DNA of 64,000 bases. Origin: Alphaproteobacteria bacterium (GTDB lineage Bacteria; Pseudomonadota; Alphaproteobacteria; UBA828). Shown here piece by piece: positions 1 through 13,338 of this stretch; position 1 is the first letter of the stretch; every line of letters starts with the position of its first letter. Where the stretch lies: assembly GCA_965221125.1 (NCBI GenBank), contig CBDCRW010000003.1, positions 128,001-192,000 of the forward strand. The letters are read 5' to 3'. The position numbers were made by a program, and so were the translations under genes. The notes beneath the pieces were generated by a model. It did no database searches. It worked only from the letters and a program-made list of their open reading frames with translations, and was not told the DNA's origin.

Positions 1-3670
<3,670 letters not shown>

Positions 3671-3680
3671 CTGCCCCGTG

Positions 3681-4514
3681 TCAGAGCAGGTCGCCGAAGA
3701 CGCGGCTGATCCATGACCCCTCGTCCGCCTCGGGCTTCAGATCCGCGCCGGTGAGCAGGGCGTAGCTCTGCTGATACCACTGGCTGCCCGGATAATTGTG
3801 ACCGAGCACCGCGGCCGCGGTCTGCGCCTCGCCGGGCACCCCCAATGCGAGGTACGCCTCGGTGAGCCGGTGCAGCGCCTCCGGCGTATGGCTCGTGGTC
3901 TGGTAGAGCTCGACCACCCTGCGGAAGCGGCCGATCGCCGCGATGGGGCTGCCGCGACGCAGGTAGTAGCGTCCGACGGTCATCTCCTTGCCGGCGAGAT
4001 GGTCGCGCGTCAGATCGATCTTGAGGCGGGCATCGCGCGCATAGGTGCTGCCGGGGAAGCGGCGCACGACCTCCTGCAGGGCCTGCAGCGCGCGCTCGGT
4101 CGTCTCCTGATCGCGTTCTACGTCGGAGATCTGTTCGTAATGCGACATGGCGATCAGGTAGTAGCCGTACGCGGCGTCGCGATTGCCGGGGTGCAGCTCG
4201 ACGAAGCGGCCCGCCGCGGCGATGGCGTCGTCGTAGCGGTTGCCCTGGTAGTAGACGAACGCCAGCATGAGCTGCGCCCGCGTCGCCCACACCGAATAGG
4301 GATGCTGACGCTCCACCTCGGCGAAGCCCGCCACGGCGGCGTCGAAGTCCTCGCTCAGCAGGCTGTCCATCGCCTCGTTGTAGAGTTCCTCGACCGGGCG
4401 CTCGACGTAGGGCTCCTCGCTCGGCGCGCATCCGACGAGCAGCGCCAATACCAGCCCGACCGTCGCAGCCAGCACTGCCGGCGCTCTGGGAATAGTCGCA
4501 AGCCTACGCGTCAT
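3681..4514 (-). CDS. bamD: Outer membrane protein assembly lipoprotein BamD
   Basis: Lipobox-like LLVGC, EVERQHPYSVWA, HLAGKEMTVGRYY, EALHRLTEAYLALG, AAVLGHNYPGSQWY; upstream of recN. Confidence 0.95.
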   Translation of the reverse strand: MTRRLATIPRAPAVLAATVGLVLALLVGCAPSEEPYVERPVEELYNEAMDSLLSEDFDAAVAGFAEVERQHPYSVWATRAQLMLAFVYYQGNRYDDAIAAAGRFVELHPGNRDAAYGYYLIAMSHYEQISDVERDQETTERALQALQEVVRRFPGSTYARDARLKIDLTRDHLAGKEMTVGRYYLRRGSPIAAIGRFRRVVELYQTTSHTPEALHRLTEAYLALGVPGEAQTAAAVLGHNYPGSQWYQQSYALLTGADLKPEADEGSWISRVFGDLL

Positions 4515-5890
4515 GACCGGTCCTGCCCGTCTGTCTCGATCGCCGGATCGTAGAACTCCCCGGCACGTTCCCTCTCCGCCGCTTCCGCGGCTGCTGCAGC
4601 CGCGACGCGCTCTGCCCGTTCCTCTTCCAGCGCTTCCACCAGGTCCCGCGTGATCTGCGGGGCCAGGCGCAGCCCGTTCTCCCGCAAGAACCGCCGGGCG
4701 GCCTCGATGGTGAGCGCTCCGGCGACTCCGTCCACCGCCGCGTCATAGTAGCCCAGGGACTTGAGAAGCCGCTGCGCGTAAATGGCCGAATCGCGGAAGT
4801 CGTTCGCCGGTCGCGGCAGAGCCACGCCGGCAACGGGTCTCTCGGGCGCCTCTTCGTCAAGGACTCGGGCCGCGAATTCGATGCTCAACACTTGGGCCTC
4901 GACACGTTCCGCCGGCGACAGGAGACGCGAGAGCTGGTCGCGATACTTGATCGCATCCGCGCCGGCCGAGCCCTTGGCGTGGGCAGCCAGGCTGAACCAG
5001 GCCATGGCCTGCACGAGATCGCGCTCCACGCCGAGGCCGTTCGCATAGAGCAGGCCAAGGCCGTTGCGGCCCACCGCGTCGCCCTGCTCGGCGGCCGCCC
5101 TGTACCAGCGATGGGACTGCTCGTAGTCGCGCGCCACGCCGCGGCCGAGATAGTGCAGCGCCGCCAGATTGCTCTGCGCGATGGCGAGACCCCTGCGTGC
5201 CGCGCGGTGGTACCAGACGACCGCCTTGCCGTAGTCCCTCACCCCCGCCAAGCCCTTCTCGTAGATGTATCCGAGATTGTTCATGGCCCGGGCTTCGCCG
5301 GCATCGGCGGCACGCTTGTACCAGTCCCTCGCCCGCTCGAGATCGCGCGGGGTTCCCAGCCCCTCGTCGTAGAGGGTGGCCAGATTGTACTGGGCGTCGG
5401 TCAGGCCCTGCTCGGCCGCGCGGTGATACCAGCCCGCAGCCGTCGCGTGGTTCTGGGTAACGCCGACGCCCTGATCGTAGGCCACGCCGAGCTCGAACTG
5501 CGCTTCCGCCAGGCCGCGGCGGGCGGCGGTCTCGAGCAGTTTGATCTGGTCCTCGTCCGGGCCGGGCTCGAGCGCTCCGGTGCGCTGCAGCCGCGCCAGC
5601 GCGAGCCGGGCGAGGTCGAGGCGGCGCTCCGCCGCGGCTCGGTACCAGCGCGCGGCCGTCTCGGCGTCCTCAGATACGCCCAGCCCGTTCTCGTAGAGCG
5701 TGCCGAGATTGAATTGCGCGTCCACGTCGCCGGCATGGGCCAACGTAGACCAGCCGGCGCGCGCCTCTTCATAATCGCCGCGCTGGAACGCCTCGTAGGC
5801 CTCGAAGAAATCGGCGCCCCGCGCCTGCGGCACAGCAAGCAGCGCCACGCCGAGCGCCGCCGCACCCACGGCGGCAGCGAACGCCTTCAT
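4511..5890 (-). CDS. Exported Sel1-like repeat protein with C-terminal peptidoglycan-binding domain
   Basis: Signal peptide MKAFAAAVGAAALGVALLAVPQARG, about 7 Sel1 repeats (AQFNLGTLYENGLGV, AQYNLATLYDEGLG ...), PG-binding-like AQRLLKSLGYYDAAVDGVAGALTIEAARRF. Start placed at ATG 5890 rather than the ORF-track 5986. Confidence 0.85.
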   Translation of the reverse strand: MKAFAAAVGAAALGVALLAVPQARGADFFEAYEAFQRGDYEEARAGWSTLAHAGDVDAQFNLGTLYENGLGVSEDAETAARWYRAAAERRLDLARLALARLQRTGALEPGPDEDQIKLLETAARRGLAEAQFELGVAYDQGVGVTQNHATAAGWYHRAAEQGLTDAQYNLATLYDEGLGTPRDLERARDWYKRAADAGEARAMNNLGYIYEKGLAGVRDYGKAVVWYHRAARRGLAIAQSNLAALHYLGRGVARDYEQSHRWYRAAAEQGDAVGRNGLGLLYANGLGVERDLVQAMAWFSLAAHAKGSAGADAIKYRDQLSRLLSPAERVEAQVLSIEFAARVLDEEAPERPVAGVALPRPANDFRDSAIYAQRLLKSLGYYDAAVDGVAGALTIEAARRFLRENGLRLAPQITRDLVEALEEERAERVAAAAAAEAAERERAGEFYDPAIETDGQDRS

Positions 5891-6016
5891 CCGGAAACTT
5901 CGCAAGGTGCCGCGGTCCATGCCGTTGGCGGAACCCGATCGTTGCGGCGCGGCGCGCGGCGCCGCAGCCCCTGCCTCACCTTGCATGCCTTCGCGTGATC
6001 GTCAATAAACTGTTGC

Positions 6017-6802
6017 ATGCGACTGAAAATGTTCCAGGTCGATGCCTTCACCGACAGGGTGTTCGGCGGCAACCCTGCCGCCATCTGCCCGCTGGATTCG
6101 TGGCTCGACGACGCCACGATGCAGGCCATCGCGTACGAGAACAACCTGTCGGAGACGGCGTTCTTCGTGCCGGCAGACGGCGCCTACGCGCTGCGCTGGT
6201 TCACGCCGCTGGCGGAGGTCGACCTGTGCGGCCACGCGACGCTGGCCAGCGCGCATGTCGTGTTCCACCACCTGCAGCCGGACGCCGATGCGGTGGCCTT
6301 CGACACCAGGAGCGGCCGTCTCGACGTGACCCGCGGCGACGACGGGCTCACCATGGACTTCCCGGCGCTCGCCGCGCATCCCCTGGATCCACCGCCGGCC
6401 GATCTCGCCGCCGGGCTCGGGCAGGAGCCTGTGGCCGCGTTCGCGGACATGGACTACCTCGCGCTCCTGGAGACCGAAGCGCAGGTTCGGGCCATCGAGC
6501 CCGACCTGACGGTGCTGGCCCGACTCGACGAGCGGCGTGGCATCATCGTGACTGCGCCGGGCGAGAGCGTGGATTTCGTCTCGCGGTTCTTCTCGCCCCG
6601 AATGGGGGTGCCGGAAGACCCGGTCACCGGGTCCGCCCACTGCATGCTTGCGCCCTTCTGGGCGGAGCGGCTCGGCAAGACCACCCTGCGCGCCTATCAG
6701 GCCTCGGCGCGCGGCGGCGCGGTGCACTGCACGGTCGCCGGCGACCGCGTGCACCTGACCGGCCGTGCCGTGCAGTATTTCGAAGGGACGATCACGGTCT
6801 GA
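6017..6802 (+). CDS. PhzF family isomerase/epimerase
   Basis: QVDAFT...FGGNPAA, NNLSETAF, LRWFTPLAEVDLCGHATLASA, EDPVTGSAHC, YQASARGG. Confidence 0.93.
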   Translation: MRLKMFQVDAFTDRVFGGNPAAICPLDSWLDDATMQAIAYENNLSETAFFVPADGAYALRWFTPLAEVDLCGHATLASAHVVFHHLQPDADAVAFDTRSGRLDVTRGDDGLTMDFPALAAHPLDPPPADLAAGLGQEPVAAFADMDYLALLETEAQVRAIEPDLTVLARLDERRGIIVTAPGESVDFVSRFFSPRMGVPEDPVTGSAHCMLAPFWAERLGKTTLRAYQASARGGAVHCTVAGDRVHLTGRAVQYFEGTITV

Positions 6803-6833
6803 GCCCGATGCGCCAGGACCGGCCGTGCCGATC

Positions 6834-7994
6834 ATGAAGCCCAGCGTCCGCCCGAACACCCCCCTCTTCTCCTCCGGCCCCTGCCCCAAGCGCCCCGGAT
6901 GGTCGCCCGACGTGCTGTCAAGCGCGCTGCTCGGCAGATCGCACAGGGCGCGAGAGCCGCTGGCGCGGATCCAGGAGCTGCTGGAGCGCTCGCGCGCGCT
7001 CCTGGGCCTGCCGGAGGAATGGCGCCTCGGCATCGTGCCGGGCTCCGACACCGGCGCCATCGAGATGGCCATGTGGTCGCTGCTCGGCCCACGCGGAGTG
7101 GACTTCCTGAGCTGGGACAATTTCGGCGCGCTCTGGGCGCACGACGGCGCGCGCGAGCTGCGCCCCCTGGATGCGCGCGTGCTCGAAGCGCCCTACGGCC
7201 GCCTGCCGGACCTCAGCGAGGTCGATCCCAACCGCGACACGGTGTTCGTCTGGAACGGCACCACGTCGGGCGTGCGGGTTCCCGACGCGGAATGGATCGC
7301 TGCTGACCGCGCCGGGCTCACGCTCTGCGATGCCACGTCCGCCGTGCTCGCCTACCCGATGGACTGGAGCAGGCTCGATGTGACCACGTATTCCTGGCAG
7401 AAGGTGCTGGGCGGCGAGGCCGGGTTCGGCATGCTGATCCTGGGCCCGCGCGCGGCAGAGAGGCTGGAGAGCGAATCGCCGCCGTGGCCGGTGCCCCGAG
7501 TCTTCCGCCTCACCACCGGCGACGGCAGGCTCAACGAAGGCATCTTCCGCGGCGAGACCATCAACACGGTCTCGATGATGGCGGTCGAGGACACGCTCGA
7601 CGCGCTCCGCTGGATCGAATCGATCGGCGGCCAGACCGGCATGATCGCCCGCTCCTCCGCCAATTTCGACGTGATCGAGTCGTGGGTGGCGGCGCGCGAC
7701 TGGGTGGACTTTCTGGCGGCGGTGCCGGAGACGCGCTCCCGCACGTCGGTGTGCCTCAGCATCGTCGATTCCTGGTTCAACGGGCTGGAGACCGACGATC
7801 AATGGGCCGTGATCAAGCAAATGGTCGCTCTGCTGGAGGCGGAGGGCGCCGCATATGATATCAAGACGCACCGGGCTGCCCCGCCGGGGCTCCGCATCTG
7901 GTGCGGCGGCACGGTTGAGCGCGGCGATCTCGAAGCGCTGACCCCCTGGCTCGACTGGGCCTGGGATGACGTGCGCCGGCACGGGGCCGGCTAG
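6834..7994 (+). CDS. serC: Phosphoserine aminotransferase (alphaproteobacterial type)
   Basis: FSSGPCPKRPGW, GRSHRA, SDTGAIEMAMWSLLG, WNGTTSGVRVP, PLP lysine motif SWQKVLGGE; upstream of serA. Confidence 0.93.
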   Translation: MKPSVRPNTPLFSSGPCPKRPGWSPDVLSSALLGRSHRAREPLARIQELLERSRALLGLPEEWRLGIVPGSDTGAIEMAMWSLLGPRGVDFLSWDNFGALWAHDGARELRPLDARVLEAPYGRLPDLSEVDPNRDTVFVWNGTTSGVRVPDAEWIAADRAGLTLCDATSAVLAYPMDWSRLDVTTYSWQKVLGGEAGFGMLILGPRAAERLESESPPWPVPRVFRLTTGDGRLNEGIFRGETINTVSMMAVEDTLDALRWIESIGGQTGMIARSSANFDVIESWVAARDWVDFLAAVPETRSRTSVCLSIVDSWFNGLETDDQWAVIKQMVALLEAEGAAYDIKTHRAAPPGLRIWCGGTVERGDLEALTPWLDWAWDDVRRHGAG

Positions 7995-8025
7995 AGTGCG
8001 TCCGACTTGGACGGACGCACTCTAG
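7991..8025. repeat. CTAG-bounded palindromic element, 14-bp perfect stem
   Basis: CTAGAGTGCGTCCG-acttgga-CGGACGCACTCTAG; contains the serC TAG stop (7992-7994). Confidence 0.8.
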
Positions 8026-8167
8026 GCCGCGAGAGCGGCCCGCCGCGTATGCGGCGCGCCCGCGCAGGCGCCGGCCAACGGCCGGCTGCCGTGAGCGAAA
8101 AATTCATAGAGCGATTTCGTGTAAGACGGATACGTTCCAGTCAAGCAAGCCGCCGAGGCCGGGTGCA

Positions 8168-9745
8168 ATGCCGAGTGTCCTGATCGCCGACGAGATAAGC
8201 GAGGTGGCCGTGCAGGCGTTCGCCGAGCGCGGCATCGAGGTCGGCAATCATCCGGGCCTCTCGCCGGAGGCGCTGGCCGGGATCGTCGGCGACTACGAAG
8301 GCCTCGTCGTCCGCTCCGCGACCCGGGTGACCCCGGAGCTGCTGGAACGGGCCGGCAAGCTCAAGGTCGTGGGCCGGGCCGGCACCGGCGTCGACAACGT
8401 CGACATGGACGCGGCGACGAAGCGCGGCATCGTCGTCATGAACACGCCCCACGGCAACTCCGTGACCGCAGCCGAGCACACCATCGCCATGATGTGCGCG
8501 CTCGCGCGGCGGATACCGCAGGCCGACCGCTCCACCCGCAAGGGCGGGTGGGAGCGTGGCCGCTTCATGGGCGTCGAGCTCCGCGACAAGACCCTCGGTA
8601 TCGTCGGCTGCGGCACGATCGGCGCCATCGTCGCCACGCTGGCCCAGGGTCTCCGGATGCGGGTCATCACCTACGACCCGTACCTCGCGCCCGAGCGCGC
8701 GTCCTCCCTCGGCGTGACGCTGGTGACGATGGACGAGCTGCTGGCCGAGGCCGACGTCATCACCCTGCACGTGCCGCTCACGGACGAGACGCGGGGGACC
8801 ATCGACGCCGACGCGCTCACCAAGACGAAGGAAGGCGTGCGCATCGTGAACTGCGCGCGCGGCGGCCTGATCGTAGAGGCGGACCTCAAGAGCGCCATCG
8901 AGAGCGGCCATGTCGCCGGGGCCGCGCTCGACGTGTTCGAGGAGGAGCCCGCGCGGGACAACCCTCTCTTCGCGCTGGACGAGGTCATCGCGACGCCCCA
9001 CCTCGGGGCTTCGACGGTGGAGGCGCAGGAAAACGTGGCGCTGCAGATCGCGCAGCAGATGGCGGAATACCTGTTGACCGGCACGGTGCTGAACGCCGTC
9101 AACGCCCCCTCGGTCTCGCCGGAGGACATGGCGAAGCTCGGCCCCTACCTCACCCTCGCCCAGCAGATCGGGAGCTTCGCCGGCCAGATCGCCGAAGGCC
9201 GCATCCGCGGCGTGACCATCGCCTACGAAGGCCAGGCCAGCGCGCTGGATTCACGGCTGCTCACGGCGGCGGCGTTGCAGGGCCTGCTAGGCCCCCGCCT
9301 CGACGACGTCAACATCGTCAACGCCCCCTTCATCGCCCGCGAGCGCGGCATCGCGGTGCGCGAGGTGAAGAACGCGACGTCGGCGGACTACCAGACCCTC
9401 ATGCGCGTCGAGGTGCTGTCGCAGGACAAGGCGCAGGCCGTGGCCGGCACGCTCATCGGCCGCGGCGGGCGGCGAATCGTGGAGGTCGAGGGCATCGAGG
9501 TCGAGGCCGAGCTCGGCCCGCACATGCTCTACTTCACCAACGAGGACAAGCCGGGCCTGATCGGCTCCGTTGCCACGATCCTGGGCGAGGCCGACATCAA
9601 TATCGCCACCTTCAACCTGGGGCGCAGGGAGCCGGGCGGCGACGCGATCGGCCTCATGGGCGTTGACTCGGCGGTGCCCGACGATGTGCTCGCCAGGCTT
9701 CGCACGCGTGCCTCCGTGATCGACGTCAAGCGCCTGAGCTTCTGA
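8168..9745 (+). CDS. serA: D-3-phosphoglycerate dehydrogenase with C-terminal ACT domain
   Basis: VGRAGTGVDNVD, NTPHGNSVTAAEH, GIVGCGTIG, VNCARGGLI, TPHLGASTVEAQENVA, ACT-like DKPGLIGSVATILGEADINIATF. Confidence 0.96.
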   Translation: MPSVLIADEISEVAVQAFAERGIEVGNHPGLSPEALAGIVGDYEGLVVRSATRVTPELLERAGKLKVVGRAGTGVDNVDMDAATKRGIVVMNTPHGNSVTAAEHTIAMMCALARRIPQADRSTRKGGWERGRFMGVELRDKTLGIVGCGTIGAIVATLAQGLRMRVITYDPYLAPERASSLGVTLVTMDELLAEADVITLHVPLTDETRGTIDADALTKTKEGVRIVNCARGGLIVEADLKSAIESGHVAGAALDVFEEEPARDNPLFALDEVIATPHLGASTVEAQENVALQIAQQMAEYLLTGTVLNAVNAPSVSPEDMAKLGPYLTLAQQIGSFAGQIAEGRIRGVTIAYEGQASALDSRLLTAAALQGLLGPRLDDVNIVNAPFIARERGIAVREVKNATSADYQTLMRVEVLSQDKAQAVAGTLIGRGGRRIVEVEGIEVEAELGPHMLYFTNEDKPGLIGSVATILGEADINIATFNLGRREPGGDAIGLMGVDSAVPDDVLARLRTRASVIDVKRLSF

Positions 9746-9759
9746 CGCCGGACCGCGAC

Positions 9760-11142
9760 ATGGGCATCGGGCTCACCATCATCGTCATCGTGCTGGCGGC
9801 GCTCGCGGGCGCGGCCGTCTCGTATGCCGTGCTGGCTCTCCGGGCGGCGCGGAAAGCCGGCGAGAACGCGCGCCTCGCCGCCGATGCCGGCCGCGTGCCT
9901 CAGCTCGAAGAAGAGAACGCCGGCCTGCGCGAGCAGCTTCGGGTGGCCGAGACGAAGACCGCGGCATCCGAAGCCGCGCGAGAGACGGAGCGGAAGAGCC
10001 ACGAGGCTCGCGTCCAGGAGCTCACCCGCATGGGCGCCGAGCTCGAGAAGAAATTCGCCGGCCTCGCATCGGAGGTGCTGGGCAAGAACAGTGAGAGCTT
10101 TCTCAAGCTCGTGAGCGAGCGCTTCGAGAAGCACAGCGAGAGCGCCAAGGAAGACCTGGAGAAGCGACAGACGACCATCGAGACGCTGGTCAAGCCCCTC
10201 GGCGAGAGCCTCAGCAAGTTCGAGACCAAGGTGGACGCGATCGAGAAGGCGCGCGAGGGCGCCTACCGGGCGATCTCGGAGCAAGTGAAACACCTGGAAG
10301 AGGGGCAGACGGGCCTTCGCTCGGAGACGAATCGCCTCGTTCAGGCCCTCCGCCGGCCCCAGACGCGCGGCCGCTGGGGCGAGTATCAACTCCGCAACGT
10401 GCTCGACATGGCCGGCATGACCGAGCACGTGGACTTCGTCGAGCAGACCACCCTGGAGGGCGAAGACGGCCGCCTGCGGCCCGACGTGGTGATCCGCGTC
10501 CCCGGCGGCAAGTCGATCATCGTCGATGCCAAGACGCCGCTCGACGCCTACCTCAATGCCGTGGAGGCGCCCGACGAAGAGACGCGCGAGCGCTTCATCG
10601 CCGACCACGCGCGGCAGGTTCGGGACCACGTGCGGGCGCTCTCCTCGCGGGACTACTGGAAGGCCCTGCCCGAGACGCCCGAGTTCGTCGTGATGTTCGT
10701 GCCGGGCGAGTCGTTCTTCGCCGCCGCCATCGAGAGCGATCCCGAACTGTTCGAGAGCGCGGCGCGCCAGCGGGTGCTCATCAGCACGCCGACCACGCTG
10801 ATCGCCCTGGTCAAGACCATCGCCTACGGCTGGCAGCAGGAGAAGCTGGCCGAGAACGCGCAGGCCGTGGCCTCGCAGGGCCGCGACCTCTACGAGCGCA
10901 TCAAGACCTTCGGCGGGCACATGGGCGACATCGGGCGCTCGCTGCAGCAGACGGTCGAGCGCTACAACAGGGGCGTGGGCTCGCTGGAGCGGCGCGTGCT
11001 GCCGGCGGCCCGAAAATTCGAGGAGCTGGGCGTCACCCCTGCCGCGTCGTCGATCCCGACGCTGGAGCCGGTCGAGCTCGACCCCCGCGAGGCCCAGGCC
11101 GAGGAGCTGATCGAGCGCCGGCCGGAAGAAGCTGCGGAGTAA
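9760..11142 (+). CDS. rmuC: DNA recombination protein RmuC
   Basis: N-terminal TM helix and coiled coil, RGRWGEYQL, RPDVVIRVPGGKSIIVDAKTP, EFVVMFVPGE, TPTTLIALVKTIAYGWQQE. Confidence 0.93.
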   Translation: MGIGLTIIVIVLAALAGAAVSYAVLALRAARKAGENARLAADAGRVPQLEEENAGLREQLRVAETKTAASEAARETERKSHEARVQELTRMGAELEKKFAGLASEVLGKNSESFLKLVSERFEKHSESAKEDLEKRQTTIETLVKPLGESLSKFETKVDAIEKAREGAYRAISEQVKHLEEGQTGLRSETNRLVQALRRPQTRGRWGEYQLRNVLDMAGMTEHVDFVEQTTLEGEDGRLRPDVVIRVPGGKSIIVDAKTPLDAYLNAVEAPDEETRERFIADHARQVRDHVRALSSRDYWKALPETPEFVVMFVPGESFFAAAIESDPELFESAARQRVLISTPTTLIALVKTIAYGWQQEKLAENAQAVASQGRDLYERIKTFGGHMGDIGRSLQQTVERYNRGVGSLERRVLPAARKFEELGVTPAASSIPTLEPVELDPREAQAEELIERRPEEAAE

Positions 11143-11237
11143 CGGCAGAACCGGCATCGATCCCGCGAGGGTTGTCGGGCAGAACCGCCCCTGCTTCCCC
11201 TCCTCCCCGCTTGTCATTGAAGGAGCGCCGCGCGGCC

Positions 11238-13064
11238 ATGGACCTGCGCAACATCGCCATCATCGCCCACGTCGATCACGGCAAGACGACTCTGGTCGAC
11301 GCGCTGCTGCGCCAGAGCGGCACGGTGCGGGCGAACCAGCCGATGCAGGAGCGCGCGCTCGATAGCGGCGAGCTGGAACGCGAGCGCGGCATCACGATCC
11401 TGGCCAAGTGCACCGCCATCGACTGGCGGGGCGTGCGCATCAACATCGTCGACACCCCCGGCCACGCGGATTTCGGCGGCGAGGTCGAGCGTGTGCTCGG
11501 CATGGTCGACGGCGTGCTCGTCCTGGTGGACGCGGCCGAGGGCCCGATGCCGCAGACCAAGTTCGTCGTGGACAAGGCGCTCCGGCTGGGTCTCCGGCCC
11601 ATCGTCGCGATCAGCAAGATGGATCGCGCGGACGCCCGGCCCCAGGCGGTGCACGAAGCGGTCTTCGACCTGTTCGATGCCCTGGGAGCGACCGACGCGC
11701 AGCTCGACTTCCCGCTGGTCTGCACCTCGGCGCGCGACGGCTGGGCCGCGCACGGCACGGATGCTGCCGGGCGCGACATGACCGCGCTCTTCGAGACCGT
11801 CATCGCGCACGTGCCCGCGCCCGCGACGGATCGGGAGGGACCCTTCCGCATGTCGATCAGCCTGCTCGAGGCCGATCCCTTTCTCGGCCGGCTGGTGAGC
11901 GGGCGCGTGCTCTCCGGTCGGGTGGAGGCGAACCAGACCGTGACGGTGCTCGGCGCGGACGGCGCCGTGGTCGAGGTCGCGCGCCTCACCAAGCTGCTGC
12001 GCGCGCGGGGGCTGGAACGGATCGCGGTCAGAAACGCCGGGGCCGGCGAGATCGTGACGCTGGCCGGCCTCAAGACCGCCTCGGTGGCTGACACCGTCGC
12101 CGCCTCCGAGAGCTGCGCCCCGATCGCGGCCGAGCCCATTGATCCGCCGACCATCGCGATGGTGTTCTCGATCAACGACTCGCCGCTCGCGGGCCGCGAG
12201 GGAACGCAGCTCACCTCGCGCGTGATCGGCGCGCGGCTTGCACGCGAGACCGAGGGCAACGTCGCGATCCAGGTGACCGACGGCGCCGAGGAAGGCGCCT
12301 TCGAGGTCGCGGGCCGCGGCGAGCTGCAGCTCGCGGTTCTGATCGAGACGATGCGCCGCGAGGGCTTCGAGCTTTCGATCAGCCGCCCACGAGTGTTGAT
12401 GCGCGACGACCCGGAGGGCGGCCCGCCCCTGGAGCCCGTCGAGGAAGTCCAGATCGACGTGGACGAGGCTTTCGTCGGCGACGTGGTCAATGCGCTGGCC
12501 GAGCGGCGGGCGGAGCTGGTCGAGCTCAGGCCCTCGGGGCGAGACAAGACCCGCGCGCTGTTTCTCGGGCCCTCGCGCGGCCTGATCGGCTTCAACGGCG
12601 AGCTGCTCACCGTGACGCGGGGCACGGCAATCATGCACCGGGTCTTCCACGGCTATGCGCCGTTCAAGGGCGCACTGCCGGGGCGGCGGAACGGCGTGCT
12701 CGTCTCGAGCGCCGAGGGCAGAGCGGTCGCCTACGCGCTCTGGAACCTGGAGCAGCGCGGGGCGCTCTTCGTCGAGCCGGGAATGCCGGTCTACGGCGGC
12801 ATGATCGTCGGCGAGAACACGCGGCCGCAGGATCTCGACGTGAACCCGCTGAAGAGCAAGCAGCTCACCAACATCCGGGCCGCCGGCAAGGACAACGCCG
12901 TGCGCCTCACGCCGCCCCGGCCGATGCCGCTGGAGATCGCGCTGGCCTATATCGCGGACGACGAACTGCTTGAGGTGACGCCGGCCTCGATCCGTCTGCG
13001 CAAGCGGCTGCTCGACCCGCACGACCGCCGCCGCGCCGCGCGGGCGCTGGCAAAGGCGTCCTGA
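11238..13064 (+). CDS. typA: Translational GTPase TypA/BipA
   Basis: [71 protein letters not shown]. Start placed at ATG 11238. Confidence 0.95.
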   Translation: MDLRNIAIIAHVDHGKTTLVDALLRQSGTVRANQPMQERALDSGELERERGITILAKCTAIDWRGVRINIVDTPGHADFGGEVERVLGMVDGVLVLVDAAEGPMPQTKFVVDKALRLGLRPIVAISKMDRADARPQAVHEAVFDLFDALGATDAQLDFPLVCTSARDGWAAHGTDAAGRDMTALFETVIAHVPAPATDREGPFRMSISLLEADPFLGRLVSGRVLSGRVEANQTVTVLGADGAVVEVARLTKLLRARGLERIAVRNAGAGEIVTLAGLKTASVADTVAASESCAPIAAEPIDPPTIAMVFSINDSPLAGREGTQLTSRVIGARLARETEGNVAIQVTDGAEEGAFEVAGRGELQLAVLIETMRREGFELSISRPRVLMRDDPEGGPPLEPVEEVQIDVDEAFVGDVVNALAERRAELVELRPSGRDKTRALFLGPSRGLIGFNGELLTVTRGTAIMHRVFHGYAPFKGALPGRRNGVLVSSAEGRAVAYALWNLEQRGALFVEPGMPVYGGMIVGENTRPQDLDVNPLKSKQLTNIRAAGKDNAVRLTPPRPMPLEIALAYIADDELLEVTPASIRLRKRLLDPHDRRRAARALAKAS

Positions 13065-13070
13065 ATTTCC

Positions 13071-13338
13071 TAGCCCGCACTTCTCACCAAGGTCATGGTC
13101 TGCGCGGCGTTGTCCGGCCGACAGAGTAGGAACGGCGCGAAGCGCGATGTGGTGCATCGGTCGAGCGCCGTGACGCACGCTGTCGGCCGGACAGCGTCGC
13201 CCTTCGGGTCGCGCCCAGGCGCCCGCCCGCGGCGTCGCGGGCCTCAACCGTATTCCCTATACGCTTTTCGGCCCGCTCCTTGCGGATCGAACGCCTGGAC
13301 GCGACGCAGGCGGTGACCTTGGTGAGAAGTGCGGGCTA
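13071..13338. mobile_element. Putative MITE (non-autonomous element) with 25-bp perfect inverted ends
   Basis: TAGCCCGCACTTCTCACCAAGGTCA (13071-13095) is the exact reverse complement of TGACCTTGGTGAGAAGTGCGGGCTA (13314-13338). The outer TA may be a target duplication. Nested internal inverted repeat; no credible ORF. Confidence 0.8.
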
